Origin: Octopus vulgaris
Taxonomy: Eukaryota
Reading direction: 5' to 3'
NCBI GenBank assembly: GCA_951406725.2
Contig: OX597838.1
Span: 32,116,001-32,180,000 of the forward strand
Length of the DNA stretch: 64,000 nucleotides
Part shown: positions 46,221 through 59,178 of the stretch, piece after piece
Position numbering within the stretch: the stretch's first letter is position 1
Layout: every line of letters starts with the position of its first letter
The notes under the pieces: model-generated
What the model was told of the DNA's origin: nothing
What the model saw: the letters and a program-made list of their open reading frames with translations, nothing else
Databases searched by the model: none
Translations under genes and position numbers: made by a program

Positions 46221-49200
46221 ACATCACCATCATTGTTTAACGTCCACTCTCCTTGCTGGCATGGGTTGGACAATTTGACATGGAGCTATTCAGACTCTAC
46301 TTGTCTGTGGTGGCAGGGTTTCTCTGGCTGGATGCCCTTCCTAATGCAAACCCCTTAATCTGTGCTGGATGCTTAATTTGGTTCTCGTAGTCTTCTTCCT
46401 GCAACTTCTCTCATGCTTGATCCTTCCTAGATTTTATTAAAAAAGTTCTGCTGCAAATTCTGCATAGACATAAACACGCACACACACACACATTATTAGT
46501 TTTACATTCACTTTTCCATGCCTGCATGGACCAGATGGAATTCCTTGAGGCAGGTTTCCAACAGCTGGATGCTCCTCCTGCCACCAACACTCACCTGTTT
46601 CCAAGCAAGGTAATACTTTCTCCCAAGGACAGAAAACTAGAAATATACGAGCTCCTTATTGTTTCCGCTCACCAAATCCCTTCACAAGGCTTTGGTCAGC
46701 CGAGATCTATAACAGAAGACACCTGCCCAAAGGGGCCACAAGTGGGGCTGAACCTGAAAGCCTTGTGGTTTCACAGCCATACACATACATATAGTAAACT
46801 ACTCAAAGACACACAGACAGACAATGAAGAAAGTCATGGTGACATTCATCCTGGAAGTTGCAGGGAGTCAGAGACAGGCATTACAGCCACACAGCCACAT
46901 ACGTAGAGAGGGCGGTGTCGCAGTTAAGTTATGTAGCTTACCTTGATGGGGAGTTTGTAATGTTTACAGTCGACGACATGTTGTTGAAATAATTGCTTAA
47001 GGTCTCTCAAAACATGCACCATTGGTCTCTTACTAACAGCACTGGTACCATTCTGTGTAGTAGTGGCACTACTGTCAGGCTGACGACCCAAGTAGATCGC
47101 TGCTATCAACGTACGCAGCAGGTAACTGTGTAACTTCAGCCAGGCTTTCTGTAACCGAGGGTGAGAGAGAGAGAGAGAATGAGACAATGAGTGGGTGAGA
47201 GAGAGAGAGAGACAATGAGTGGGTGAGAGAGAGAGAGAGAGAGACAATGAGTGGGTGAGAGAGAGAGAGAGAGAGAGACAATGAGTGGGTGAGAGAAAGA
47301 GAGAGAATGAGTGGGTGAGAGAGAGAGAATGAGTGGGTGAGAGAAAGAGAGAGAGACAATAAGTGGGTGAGAGAGAGAGAGAGAATGAGTGGGTGAGAGA
47401 GAGAGAATGAGTGGGTGAGAGAAAGAGAGAGAGACAATAAGTGGGTGAGAGAGAGAGAGACAATGAGTAGGTGAGAGAGAGAGAGAGACTCACAGGTAAG
47501 GTGGGGGTAGGGGGGAATGGGGTGGAGTTCAGACAGAGATTCGAGTGGGAGGGAACATGGGACAAAGTGGACTGAACGGTTCCAAAATGAAGAAGACAGG
47601 GATCAGTTGAAAGAAGTTTGTTGGGGTTAGAAAGGGATCAACTGAAAAAAAAAAAAAGGTTAGGGTAGAAGGTTACAGTAAGGAGACAGGGTGGGAAGGG
47701 GTGTTAGTAAAGGAGTAGATGAATGTAGAGGTTTAGGGAGGGAGGGATGGGGGTGAAAGATTTAAGGGAGAGGTGTCAAATAGGAAGGGGACGGTTAAAA
47801 TGGTTGAAAGAGAAAGTGGAAGCAAAAGGATTCAACTGACTTAAGATTATTATGTTAATTCCCCTCCTGATACTGGGGCCAAAATTAATTGACAAACAGA
47901 ATTAAGGTTCCTTACCTCCTCCATAAAAGACCTCTCTTGTAGTTCTTTCAATGTCTGTCTGAAGGATAAATAAATAGACACAATGTTAGGGATGGAGCAA
48001 AAGTCCCAATTGTCATTATCATCATCACCAATCTTCAATCATTACCATCACCACCATCAATTACTCATCCTCATGAGGGAGCCTTCATATGGCTATTTGA
48101 CCAGTTCACCAGTCTTTAATAATAATTTTCCTAATTTTGACATAAGGCCAGTAAGTTTAAGAGAGAGCAGGCTAGTTTGGTTACACTGACCCCCCCCCCC
48201 CCAAAGGATGAAATGGCAATATCAACATCTGCAGCATTTGGACCCAGAACATAAAACTGGAAGAAACCACACCAAATGTTTTCTCCGATGTGTTAAGAAT
48301 TCTGCTTCAATAACTGTTACATAAAGTCAGAAACTTTATTGACCCCGGACAGATTAATTAGAATTTTCTTCAGGTCAAGTAGTCCATCTCTCTCAAAAGG
48401 TCCATGAATAAGGGTTGTTTAAGGATGTTGAACGAACCACCCATGTTTCCAGAAGTGAATTATTCAAACTCCAAAAAATCCCTCTCATCACATGGCCATG
48501 ATGCTCCCCCACTACTTCTGCTCATGATCAGAGATGCACATATCGTCAGCCACTAAGGGACATGCTCAACTGGTTAAGGTCAAACAACTGACAAGCAAAT
48601 CTGTGGTATTGAGCAGAATATTTGCTGTAGGCTATCTTTTATACCAAGACAAAACAATTGTACATGATAACACTTCCAATCAGTTAAGATCAAAAGCCAT
48701 GAGAGCCACTGCCTGGTACTGCATCAGGGCATTATTATTATTATTATTTAAGGTAACAAGCTATCAAAGTTGTTAGCACACCAGACAAAATACTGAGCCA
48801 CATTTTGCCCATCTTTACATCCTGAGATCAACTTTGCCATTTATCCTTTCAGGGTTGATTAAATAAGTACCAGTCATGTACTGGGGTTAATGTAATCGAC
48901 TTCCCTCTCCTGCCAAAAAACTGTTGGCTTTGTATCAAAATCAGAAACGATAATACAGGAGGATCAGTTAATTATGATTTTATTTAACACATTCCCCTCT
49001 CAGATTCACACACTTATTGCGACGGTCCTTCAGTTTTGCCAAGCCCTGCAAAAGAACTCAGAAGGTTGGGCCTCCAACCAGGCTTTTCATGACACCCTTA
49101 AAGCCAGGAACCTAGCATCCCCACACACACATATACATATATATATATATGGAGGCGAGCTGGCAGAAACGTTAGCGCGCCGGGCGAAATGCTTAGCGGT

Positions 49201-49389
49201 ATTTCGTCTGTCGTTACGTTCTGAGTTCAAATTCCGCCGAGGTCGACTTTGCCTTTCATCCTCTCGGGGTCGATAAAGAAAGTACCAGTTACGCACTGGG
49301 GACGATGTAATCGACTTAATCCGTTTGTCTGTCCTTGTTTGTCCTCTCTATATTTAGCCCCTTGTGGGTAGTAAAGAAATATATATATA

Positions 49390-49420
<31 letters not shown>

Positions 49421-52400
49421 CACTACCAGAAGAAAGTGACAAATATTTATCCATCTGAAGTGTCTCAATTGTTAAGAAATGTCCATACATACACAGACAT
49501 ATACAAACAAACAAAGAGTGATGTAGGTAGACATGACAACATTACACAACACTGCCAGAAGAGAGATCAGGCTGACACCCAATCTGGAAGGTCCCAGTTA
49601 CTACACACACACAGCAATGAGGTGACACTCACCCATCTGGAGGGTCCCAATTACTAAGTAACGTGAAATCTCTGTTGTCCTGTAAATCTTTCTCTCCTTT
49701 CGTCCGATCTGGAAATATTAAAAAAAAAAAGGTCAGTGACGTAGGGTTTGTGTTTAGAGAAAAAAAAGAGCTTGCTGTTCACATACACACGTAAATATTT
49801 ACATATGTATGTGTGTATATACACATGTATATACACACATATACACACATTCACAACTAGATCTGGGTATATATACACACCCCAAACACTCATATATATA
49901 TACATGTATACATACATATACTTTTACTTGTTTCAGTCATTTGACTTAGCCATGCTGGAGCACCAACTTAGAGGGTTTTAGTCAAAGAAAGCAACCCCAG
50001 GACATTTTTTGTAAGCCTAGCACTTACTCTATTGGTTTATTTTGCCGAACTGCTAAGTTGGTTGTAAGACAGACACACACGCAAATATATATATATGTGT
50101 ACACACACGACAGGCTTCTCTCAGTTTCCTTCTACCAAATCCATTCACAAAGCTTTGGTTAGCCCAAGGCTATAGTAGAAGACACTTGCCCAAGGTGCCG
50201 TGCAGTGGTATTGAACCCGGAACCAAGCTTCTTACTACACAGCCATGCCTGCGCCTATATATATATATAATATATATTTATAGGTATACAGGATGATCAA
50301 TTCACAGAAATGGTATCACTGCAACCCTTTTCGTGACCAACACCTCCAAAAGTAACAGAACTATTTCAACAGAGTATGTATTCCTAGGACTACACTATCT
50401 AACGTGTCGGTCTGTTTCCAACGTCAGTAGAGTGTAACTCAAGAGAAACTAGCTGCTATTTCCAGCTTGTTAAACTACATAGCTGATGTCTTGTTGGCTT
50501 CTAGTGTGGTGTGGGTTGGTTATACCCGACACCCCTCATTGAGGTTCAGCACTTTCAACTCACCCATCTCACTATTTCATGTACCGTCCACCAATATCAC
50601 AGCATTCATCCACCCCACCCACCCGACGTTTGTCCATACCATCACAATCTTCTTTCTTGCATCTATGAGTTTCTTTTAATTTTACATAAAAATTTGCTAA
50701 TTAGGCGCAGGTGTGGCTGTGGTGATAAGAGGCTTGCTTCCCAACCACATGGTTCCAGGTTCAGTCCCACTGCATTGCACCCTGGGCAAGTATCTTTTTG
50801 TATAGCCTCAGCCTGACCAAATCCTTGTGAGTGGATTTGGTAGATGGAAACTGAAAGAAGCCCACATTATATATATATATGTGTATGTATATATTTGTAT
50901 GTGGGTTTGTCTCTGCCACCATCGTTTGACAACTGATGTTGGTGTGTTTATGTCCCTCTAACCTAGCAGTTCAGCAAAAGAGACTGATAGAATAAGTACT
51001 AGGCTTACAAAGAATAAGTCCTGGGGTCGATTTCTTTGACTAAAGGCAGTGCTCCAGCATGGCCGCAGTCAAATGACTGAAACAAGTAAAAGAATAAAAG
51101 AAAATCGTAGTCTTTAGTGATGGACTTGCAAGGGAGATAATCCCAGCTTCACTATAATTCTGTGAGAGAGTGACGAGGGAGTTTCAGTAATTCATGGCAG
51201 AACAAATATCACAGGAAAGCTTGATTTTGCATTTTGATAATATTATTTGGTAAAAGATTTACATGGAGAGGATTAAGACAGGATTAAGCTTCAGCACAGT
51301 CTTCAGTTAGTAAATGTCATTGACAGGACATTGGTCAACACAAAGTTATGGGTTTATTTGAATAGACAGGAGTCCATCCAGGGTACTTGGAGACTGGAGA
51401 GGAACGAGGTGAGTGGGGGTTGTTGGTTGGGTGGCTGATGTGGGTGAGAGATAACGAGGTGGAAGGAGGGAGAGGGGAGACGTGGGGGTGTGGTGGGAGG
51501 GAGAGGAGAAGCAAAGAACAACTCACCAACGTCTGGATCAATTGCCATATTCGTTAACATCATTTCTGTACTGTTGTGGCTGGAACAAAGACAGGACATT
51601 CTGAGTAATGTTTGGCGTTTGGTGCACATAAAGACAGGAACAGAACCAGCTAAATACAAGCCAAACAACAACTCAAACACCCAGACACACTTCCATACAC
51701 ACATTTAGCTATCATCCTGTATGAATCATCATCATCATCATCGTTTAGCGTCTGCTTTCCATGCTGACATGGGTTGGACGGTTCGACTGGGGTCTGGGAA
51801 GCCAGAAGGCTGCACCAGGCCCAGTCTGATCTGGCAATGTTTCTACAGCTGGATGCCCTTCCTAACGCCAACCACTCCATGAGTGTAGTGGGTACTTTTT
51901 ACGTGCCACCTGCACAGGTGCCAGATGGGGCTGGCAAATGGCCACGATCGGATGGTGCCTTTTTACATGCCACCAGCATGGAGGCCAGGCGAGGCTGGCA
52001 CTATTTCTTAATAGAACATAGTTACTGTCTATTGACAATAATACATTCATATGAAGTGGTCATGGCTGGACACGTCATCAGTCTCCCAACTCAACATCTA
52101 GTCCTTGGGTGTCTTTAGTGGAGGCCACTATGCTACCAGTCTCCATGTGTTCTTCCTCTCATCAAATAACATGCATCATTCCCCTGTACACACAGCAAAC
52201 ATCTATCTCCTGTCTGCATCAGTTCATATATACACACTGCAGATGGCTCTTTCCTGTATACAACAATCAATATATATATACACACACCACATGCATCACT
52301 CTCCTATATACACCAACTGACATATACATACTGTAGACATCTCTCTGCTGTATACATCAGTCGACGCCTTCAATATTCCACTACACCCTCTCTCACCTGT

Positions 52401-55400
52401 TAACATTATGCACACCTCATTCCTGTCCAATTACCACAACCATTCCAGCATCTTAACCGCCTCCCTCTTCTGACACTCAGCTCAAAGACTCTCGTCTTTT
52501 ACAACCAAAATCAATTTTAAAAAGCAGTACCCCTCCCCCCCATTCCTCACACAGTGGAGAAAGTGTACTGACTTGCAGGTCTCCAGCACCAAGTCTAATA
52601 ACAAACTCTCTTCGATGGCTGAAGCGTACTGCAAGGAATTCTGAAGTCGTTCTCGGAACTGGACAAACTCGTGGATCTGGGGAAGATACGAAGAGAAATG
52701 GAAGAACAAAATAAACAAATTACGGAGATGTACTTGCATAGCAAGTGATTTGATCTGAGATCGTGTGCTGAAACGAAAACAATTGCAGCGTGGAAAGTGT
52801 TTGTAAGCCATTTAAGAAACACACAAAAGCCATTCGATTCACTTCGATTCAGTTTAATTTGTCAAAATATTTCCGTTGCTTTAAGACCGCAACTTGTTCA
52901 CTGACAAAAATCCGTGCTGCGGATAAACAAAACACAACTGGAACTGGACAAATATTTGAGAGAAAATACCAAAGAGAGAATCATTAAACCTTTGGCATTT
53001 AAACCGACCATGTCCGGCTCATGTAGTCTATATGTTTCTATGTTCAAACCTGACAGATCTGGTCTCTTACACCTACCCTACAATGTCATACTAAAAATAA
53101 TCACATCACTGAAATCTCAAAGCCACAAGATAAGGCAATTAATTCAAGACAATGTCAATAAATGAGCATTAGATTTGAGATAGTAATCTGAACGCTAACG
53201 AGTTAAAGGTGGAAGGATCGTGCATTTTTAGGGAGTTGGGAAGGAACAGATCATCATCATCATCATCATCATCATCATTCAACGTCCGTTTTTCCATGCT
53301 GGAATGGGTTGGATGGTTTGACATGGTGCTGGCAAGGCCGGAGAGCTGTACCAGGCGCCGATTGTCTGCTTTGGCTTCGTTTGTACCCCTGGATGCCTTC
53401 CACAACACCAACCAGAGCGTACAGGGTGCTTTTTACATGGCACCAGCACCAATGGGAGTGGGGAACCAAACAGACACAAGGAATTATTGATTTTGATGGT
53501 CACAGCCCGTGTCTCTTGACGTGAGTGTGTGTGTGTGTGTGTGTGAAGTGAGGTGTTTTCGTTATACTGGTAGGAGATCTGTGACAATTGGAGAGGGGCG
53601 AAAGTTCACTCTGATCTGGTGGATGTCCAACATTAATTTATCATTTAAGTAACTGACAGTATTGGATATACTGGTGGAGGTGGTGGTGGTGGGGGTCTGT
53701 TGTACACAGGTAATGAGATTGGGTCATACAATGATAGAGTGTAGTGGGTGCTTTTACATGCCAACAGCATGGGGGCCAGTCAGGCAGTATGTATCAATTA
53801 TCAAGTTAACCCCACATAAGACCCCCATGGAGTGTTATCGAGTATTTTACATTGGATGCTTCTATAGGACCTTTACAACATTCACAGTCAATAATATGTG
53901 ATAGTCTATACACTGAAGGGGCCAGAAAACCAACAGAGATGTCTAAAGATTAATTAATATCAGAGGTAGAAGGGAAAAGATGAAAACAGAATGTCTTAAA
54001 ATGTAGGGATCAATTTGTGGGTCCTCAGTAGATGCATGTTCCCATCACTGTTACATGTTGTATTCTGAAAAACAAAAGAGACAGGGTTTACGAAATAGGA
54101 TCAAAGGTGAACCTACCTTAATAAACGTTCCATACTTATACGAAGGGATGAGGTATTCGGTGATCTGAAGAAATAACCAGAAAACAATTTGATGCTAGTT
54201 TGCGTTGTTTTATTAAAGACATTTTTCAAGATTTTCGTACAACTTTCTGGCAGAAACAGTAAAAACATGGCGGCAACTTTGTGTTTCCATACAAAATGAA
54301 TGGAAAAAAACCCCCAAAAAACTCTTGATAAACAGATGGAAACTATAACATATTTGTGTTGTTGTCAATGCGATATGTCAAAAGAAAGGCTGTTTGTCAT
54401 AAGTGTGTAGAAAGTAATATAAACATGTTTATATTACTTTCAGGAGTGGCTGTGTGGTAAGTAGCTTGTTTACCAACCACATGGTTCCGGGTTCAGTCCC
54501 ACTGCGTGTCACCTTGGGCAAGTGTCTTCTACTATATAGCCTCGGGCCGACCAAAGCCTTGTGAGTGGATTTGGTAGACGGAAACTGAAAGAAGCCCGTC
54601 GTATATACGTATATGTGTGCATGTGTGTTTGTCCCCCCAACATCGCTTGACAACCGATGCTGGTGTGTGTTTGTCACCCGTCACTGAGCGGTTCGGCAAA
54701 AGAGACCGATAGAAAAAGTACTGGGCTTACAAAGAATAAGTCCCGGGGTCGAGTTGCTCGATTAAAGGCGGTGCTCCATCATGGCCGCAGTCAAATGACT
54801 GAAACAAGTAAAAGAGTAAAAGAGAAAGAGAGAGTATGTTTAACATTACCTTTTTACAATGGTAATGTTTTCCATATATAAAATGGTTTGCCACGTAAAA
54901 CTGCACTTCATCTTTAAAGCTCTGTTGAAGATATAGGGTGATACACAAGCACTCAACTTTGACTGCATTGCATCCTGCAGCAGGAACAACTGTGAGCTAT
55001 TTCCTGTTCCTTTGTCATTTATTTAATTTCACATTACCACTCTGTACTTGACTGATGCCATATTCTGAAGCATTTATATACTGAGCTCTAGCATCAGGTT
55101 ATTACTATCACTATGCCCAAGCAAACAAACAGGATAGTCTTTGACTGGCTTCAGTCATTTGACTATGGCCATGCTGGAGCACCGATGTGTGTGCATGTGT
55201 CATCATCATCATCGATTAGCATCCGTTTTCCATGCTAGCATGGGTTGGACGGTTCGACCGGGGATCTGGGAAGCCAGAAGGCTGCACCAGGCTCCGGTCT
55301 GATCTGGCAGTGTTTCTACAGCTGGATGCCCTTCCTAACGCCAACCACTCCGTGAGTGTAGTGGGTGCTTTTTACGTGCCACCAGCACGGAAGCCAGTCG

Positions 55401-58400
55401 AGGCGTCGCTGGCATCGGCCACGATTCGGATGGTGCTTTTTACGTGCCACCAGCACGGAAGCCAGTCGAGGCGTCGCTGGCATCGGCCACGATTCGGATG
55501 GTGCTTTTTACGTGCCACCAGCACGGAAGCCAGTCGAGGCGACGCTGGCATCGGCCACGATTCGGATGGTGCTTTTTACGTGCCACCGGCACGGAAGCCA
55601 GTCGAGGCGATACTGGCATCGGCCACAATTCGGATAGCGCTTTTTACGTGCCACCAGCACAGAAGCCAGTCGAGGCAACGCTGGCATCGGTCACGATTCG
55701 GATAGCGCTTTTTACGTGCCACCAGCACGGAAGCCAGTCGAGGCGACGCTGGCATCGGCCACGATTCGGAAGGTGCTTTTTACGTGCCACCAGCACGGAA
55801 GCCAGTCGAGGCGACGCTGGCATCGGCCACGATTCGGAGAGCGCTTTTTACGTGCAGCCGGCACGGAAGCCAGTCTAGGCAGCGCTGGCATCGTGTATAT
55901 ATATAAGAGAGAGAGAGAGAGAGAGAAACAGACAGAGAAAATGTGTGTGTGTGTCTGTGAAGAGAGAGAGAGAGAATATACACAGGTGTTAATTACAGCA
56001 GAGACAGGTGTGTATCAAATTCTTACCTCTTTATGGTTGACGGAGAAGAATCGAAGCATGGTGTTGTACATCATGTGTGCCGAGAGGAAATGCCCCAACC
56101 GATTAACATGGTTGGCAACAACATAACTGGAAGATAATTAGCAGCTCGTTAATATTATAGGTCCAGAGTTATTTATTATATGCATATTCACAATTCATTA
56201 CAGATTTAATTAACAAGCAGGGATGGGTGCATTGCAGGGTTTGAATTAATAAATATGGCAGTCGCATCTGTCCTTATTGCTGCCCCTGTTTCCCCCCCAC
56301 TAGATTTATACTGGGAGTCACATCGTGTAACCGACCAATGAAAGAGCTTCTAGGTAAGTCACATGACATATTCTACTTACTTAATGAAAAAGCTTCTACG
56401 TGAGTTACGACAGAAGCAATCTACCAATCAATAAAAGCATCTAACCAGCAGGAAGGGTCATAACCAGGACCTTTTTTTTAAGGCGTCTAAGACTGGTTGA
56501 GTTGACCTGCGTCCGCAACACAATGATGTTGATCTGGAGTTAAAAAGGGAGCTTCTACACAGTGACTCATTGTTTGAAATAACAGTCAAATCTCCCTCAA
56601 GTTACACCCTAAAGTCTTGAAAATAGTTAGGACACACATTTGATAAAGTGATCCTAGATACACAACATCTGAAAATAACACTGGATGGTCAGTGTTGGAG
56701 CACCTTTGATCCTAGGTCTGCTGTATCAAGTCAAACCTATACATGGCTGAAAGCTGGTTAAATATTAAAATATATATGTAATCCAACAAATAGACAAAGA
56801 TTATGAGATCAATCATTGGTCTGATCACCTTCAGAACAGAGAGCAGATCTGAGGAAGATTTGACTGGGCTGTGGACAAGAATTTCGGTATAAGGGATTTG
56901 GAAATCAAAGTTCCTAATTTCAGCCCTGTTTACGTCTATCAAAGAATAAGACATGTGATAACAAGCCAGCTTAGGGGGCCTCTATGAGGTTGGTCAACCT
57001 GCTGGAAACAGCAGCCAAATGTAATTTCACTTCACACCATCATCAGAAGAGATGTACTGGATGAAGTAGCTCAGAAAAGATGGGATGATCACAATTGGAG
57101 TGCCAGTGACCAACACTCAGTATATAGACACCTGCATGTCTAGGGTTTGGTCTTCCGCACCTTGGAAACCAATTCAGCCCTAAAAAATTGGGCTGATGTA
57201 AATATTGTAAAATTGATGTCAGTCCTGAAGATGAGTTTTAACAGACCAGAAATTTATAATCTTAAAACACCTTTAATTAAATAACAAAAAAAAAAGAAAA
57301 GAAAAAAAGGGCCAAAAACAAAAGACTACTCACCCTAAAGTATCGTTAATTATATGTTTAGCCTCCATGCTATCATAAATATCTGTACAGGGACCAAATG
57401 CACCTATAATAACAACATTAACAGACATCATGTGCAACATATTGAAACATAATAATAAAATATTCCCTCTTTCTTTCCCTTCTTTGATCCCCTAAAAGGG
57501 ACCAACTAAAAAAAAAAAAAAAAAAAAGACATCACATTACATCTATAAAACTGCATCTATTTCACAACAATAAACTACAAACCAATGACACTTCTTTGCC
57601 CTGCAAAGCTGTGTTGCTCTTGGCATCTACTGCACTGCTACTACAACAGCTTCTGTTCCACCCCACCTCATAAACGTACCCCCATTTACCTGTTTCCCCC
57701 TCCACAGCCCGATTACCCTCTCTATAAGCCCACAGAGCGCCATGCCCCAACAGCTTACCTTTCCTCTTTTCAATAAACCCCCCACTGGTCAAGGATATTC
57801 AAACTAATGCAGAGTTTGAATACAAATGCCCTGGAAACACAAGAGTGCTTACAGTTGAGTGCAGCTATAAGTGAAATATTGTTGAGTGTGAGTATAAGGT
57901 CAAGTGGAGAAAGCCCTCCGTAGAGAGAAGTCAAACTTACCAACCGTACAATAAAGTCGTATCAAGAGTAATTTGATTTGGAAATTTGAGGGGGAATTCT
58001 TGAGTCCTTTCTCCAGCTGAGCTATGATTTGCCATAACACACCTGTATCACCTGGACAATGACAAGATAGATTGATATGATTACAATGACCCTGATGAAG
58101 AAACAGAGAAATATAGAAACACCAACACTAACATCATCATCGTTTTCGATGCTGGCAAGGCCGGAGAGCTGCACTGGATTCCATTCACTGCTTTGGAATG
58201 GTTTCTATGTCTCTTGCTAATGCCAACCACTTTACAGAGTATAAGTGGCGTTTTTTTTTTGTGGTCCCAAAAGCATTTCATGTCGTTACGCTGCTGGACT
58301 GGCACCTGTGCAGGTGGCACATAAAAAGCACCATTCGAGCGTGGCCACTGCCAGTACCACCTAACTAGCCCTCATGCCGGTGGCACGTAAAAGCACCCAC

Positions 58401-59140
58401 TACACTCTCGGAGTGGTAGGCGTTAGGAAGGGCATCCAGCTGTAGAAACTCTGCCAGATCAAGATTGGAGCCTGGTGCAGCCATCTGGTTCACCAAACCT
58501 GTCAAATCGTCCAACCCATGTTAGCATGGAAAGCGGATGTTAAACGATGGTGATGATGAAGATGATGATTTTATGAGGTTTGCATGAAACAATCGACACT
58601 TCTCATGTGGCTGACTTTTACGACATAAATCCACCACTTGGGGCCACATCTGGTTTCAGATTTAAATTAAAATCTTCCACAATAAATTACGCAAGAATTT
58701 TTTTGTTCTCTTCCAAACACCATCTTAATATACCAGTATATATTCATTTGCCTTATGTTCCAAACACAATCATCGTCATCCTAACATCTGGTTTCCATGC
58801 TGGCATGGGTTGGATACCTTCTTCTTAATATCTTTTTGTATATCAGCTGATTTTTTATTTAAGACGATAGTTTGTGATCTGAGGAAAATTGGCTACCATT
58901 TTTAGCAGGTTGGGTAGTCACATAGAGGCTCCTTTATCATCTCTGGGGGTGGCCAAGGCAAGATTGTCGTAAAGATCTCTCATTGGCTGCTTAATTGGTA
59001 TATCATGTGACTTACACATTGATTGGTGATTTCAAAGTCAGTTGACTTGCTAGAAATAACAGTCAGATCTGCCTCAGATTTCAAAATATATTTGATTTTT
59101 GTTATGTTCTGAGCACCATATATGTGTGAGTATGTGTATA

Positions 59141-59178
<38 letters not shown>

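Noticed and set aside
53995-54064. Possible extra NAA25 exon after a strong acceptor at 54065
   Set aside because: It would need a 52-nt intron, runs into a stop, and the flanking exons already join colinearly with homologues.
55232-56126. Overlapping repeated ORFs (GAFYVPPARKPVEA...)
   Set aside because: Products of the 68-bp non-triplet tandem unit in a retro-element tail; the same peptides recur in all copies.
56712-56954. 80-aa ATG ORF on - inside an NAA25 intron
   Set aside because: No recognisable motif or splice support; length is compatible with chance.
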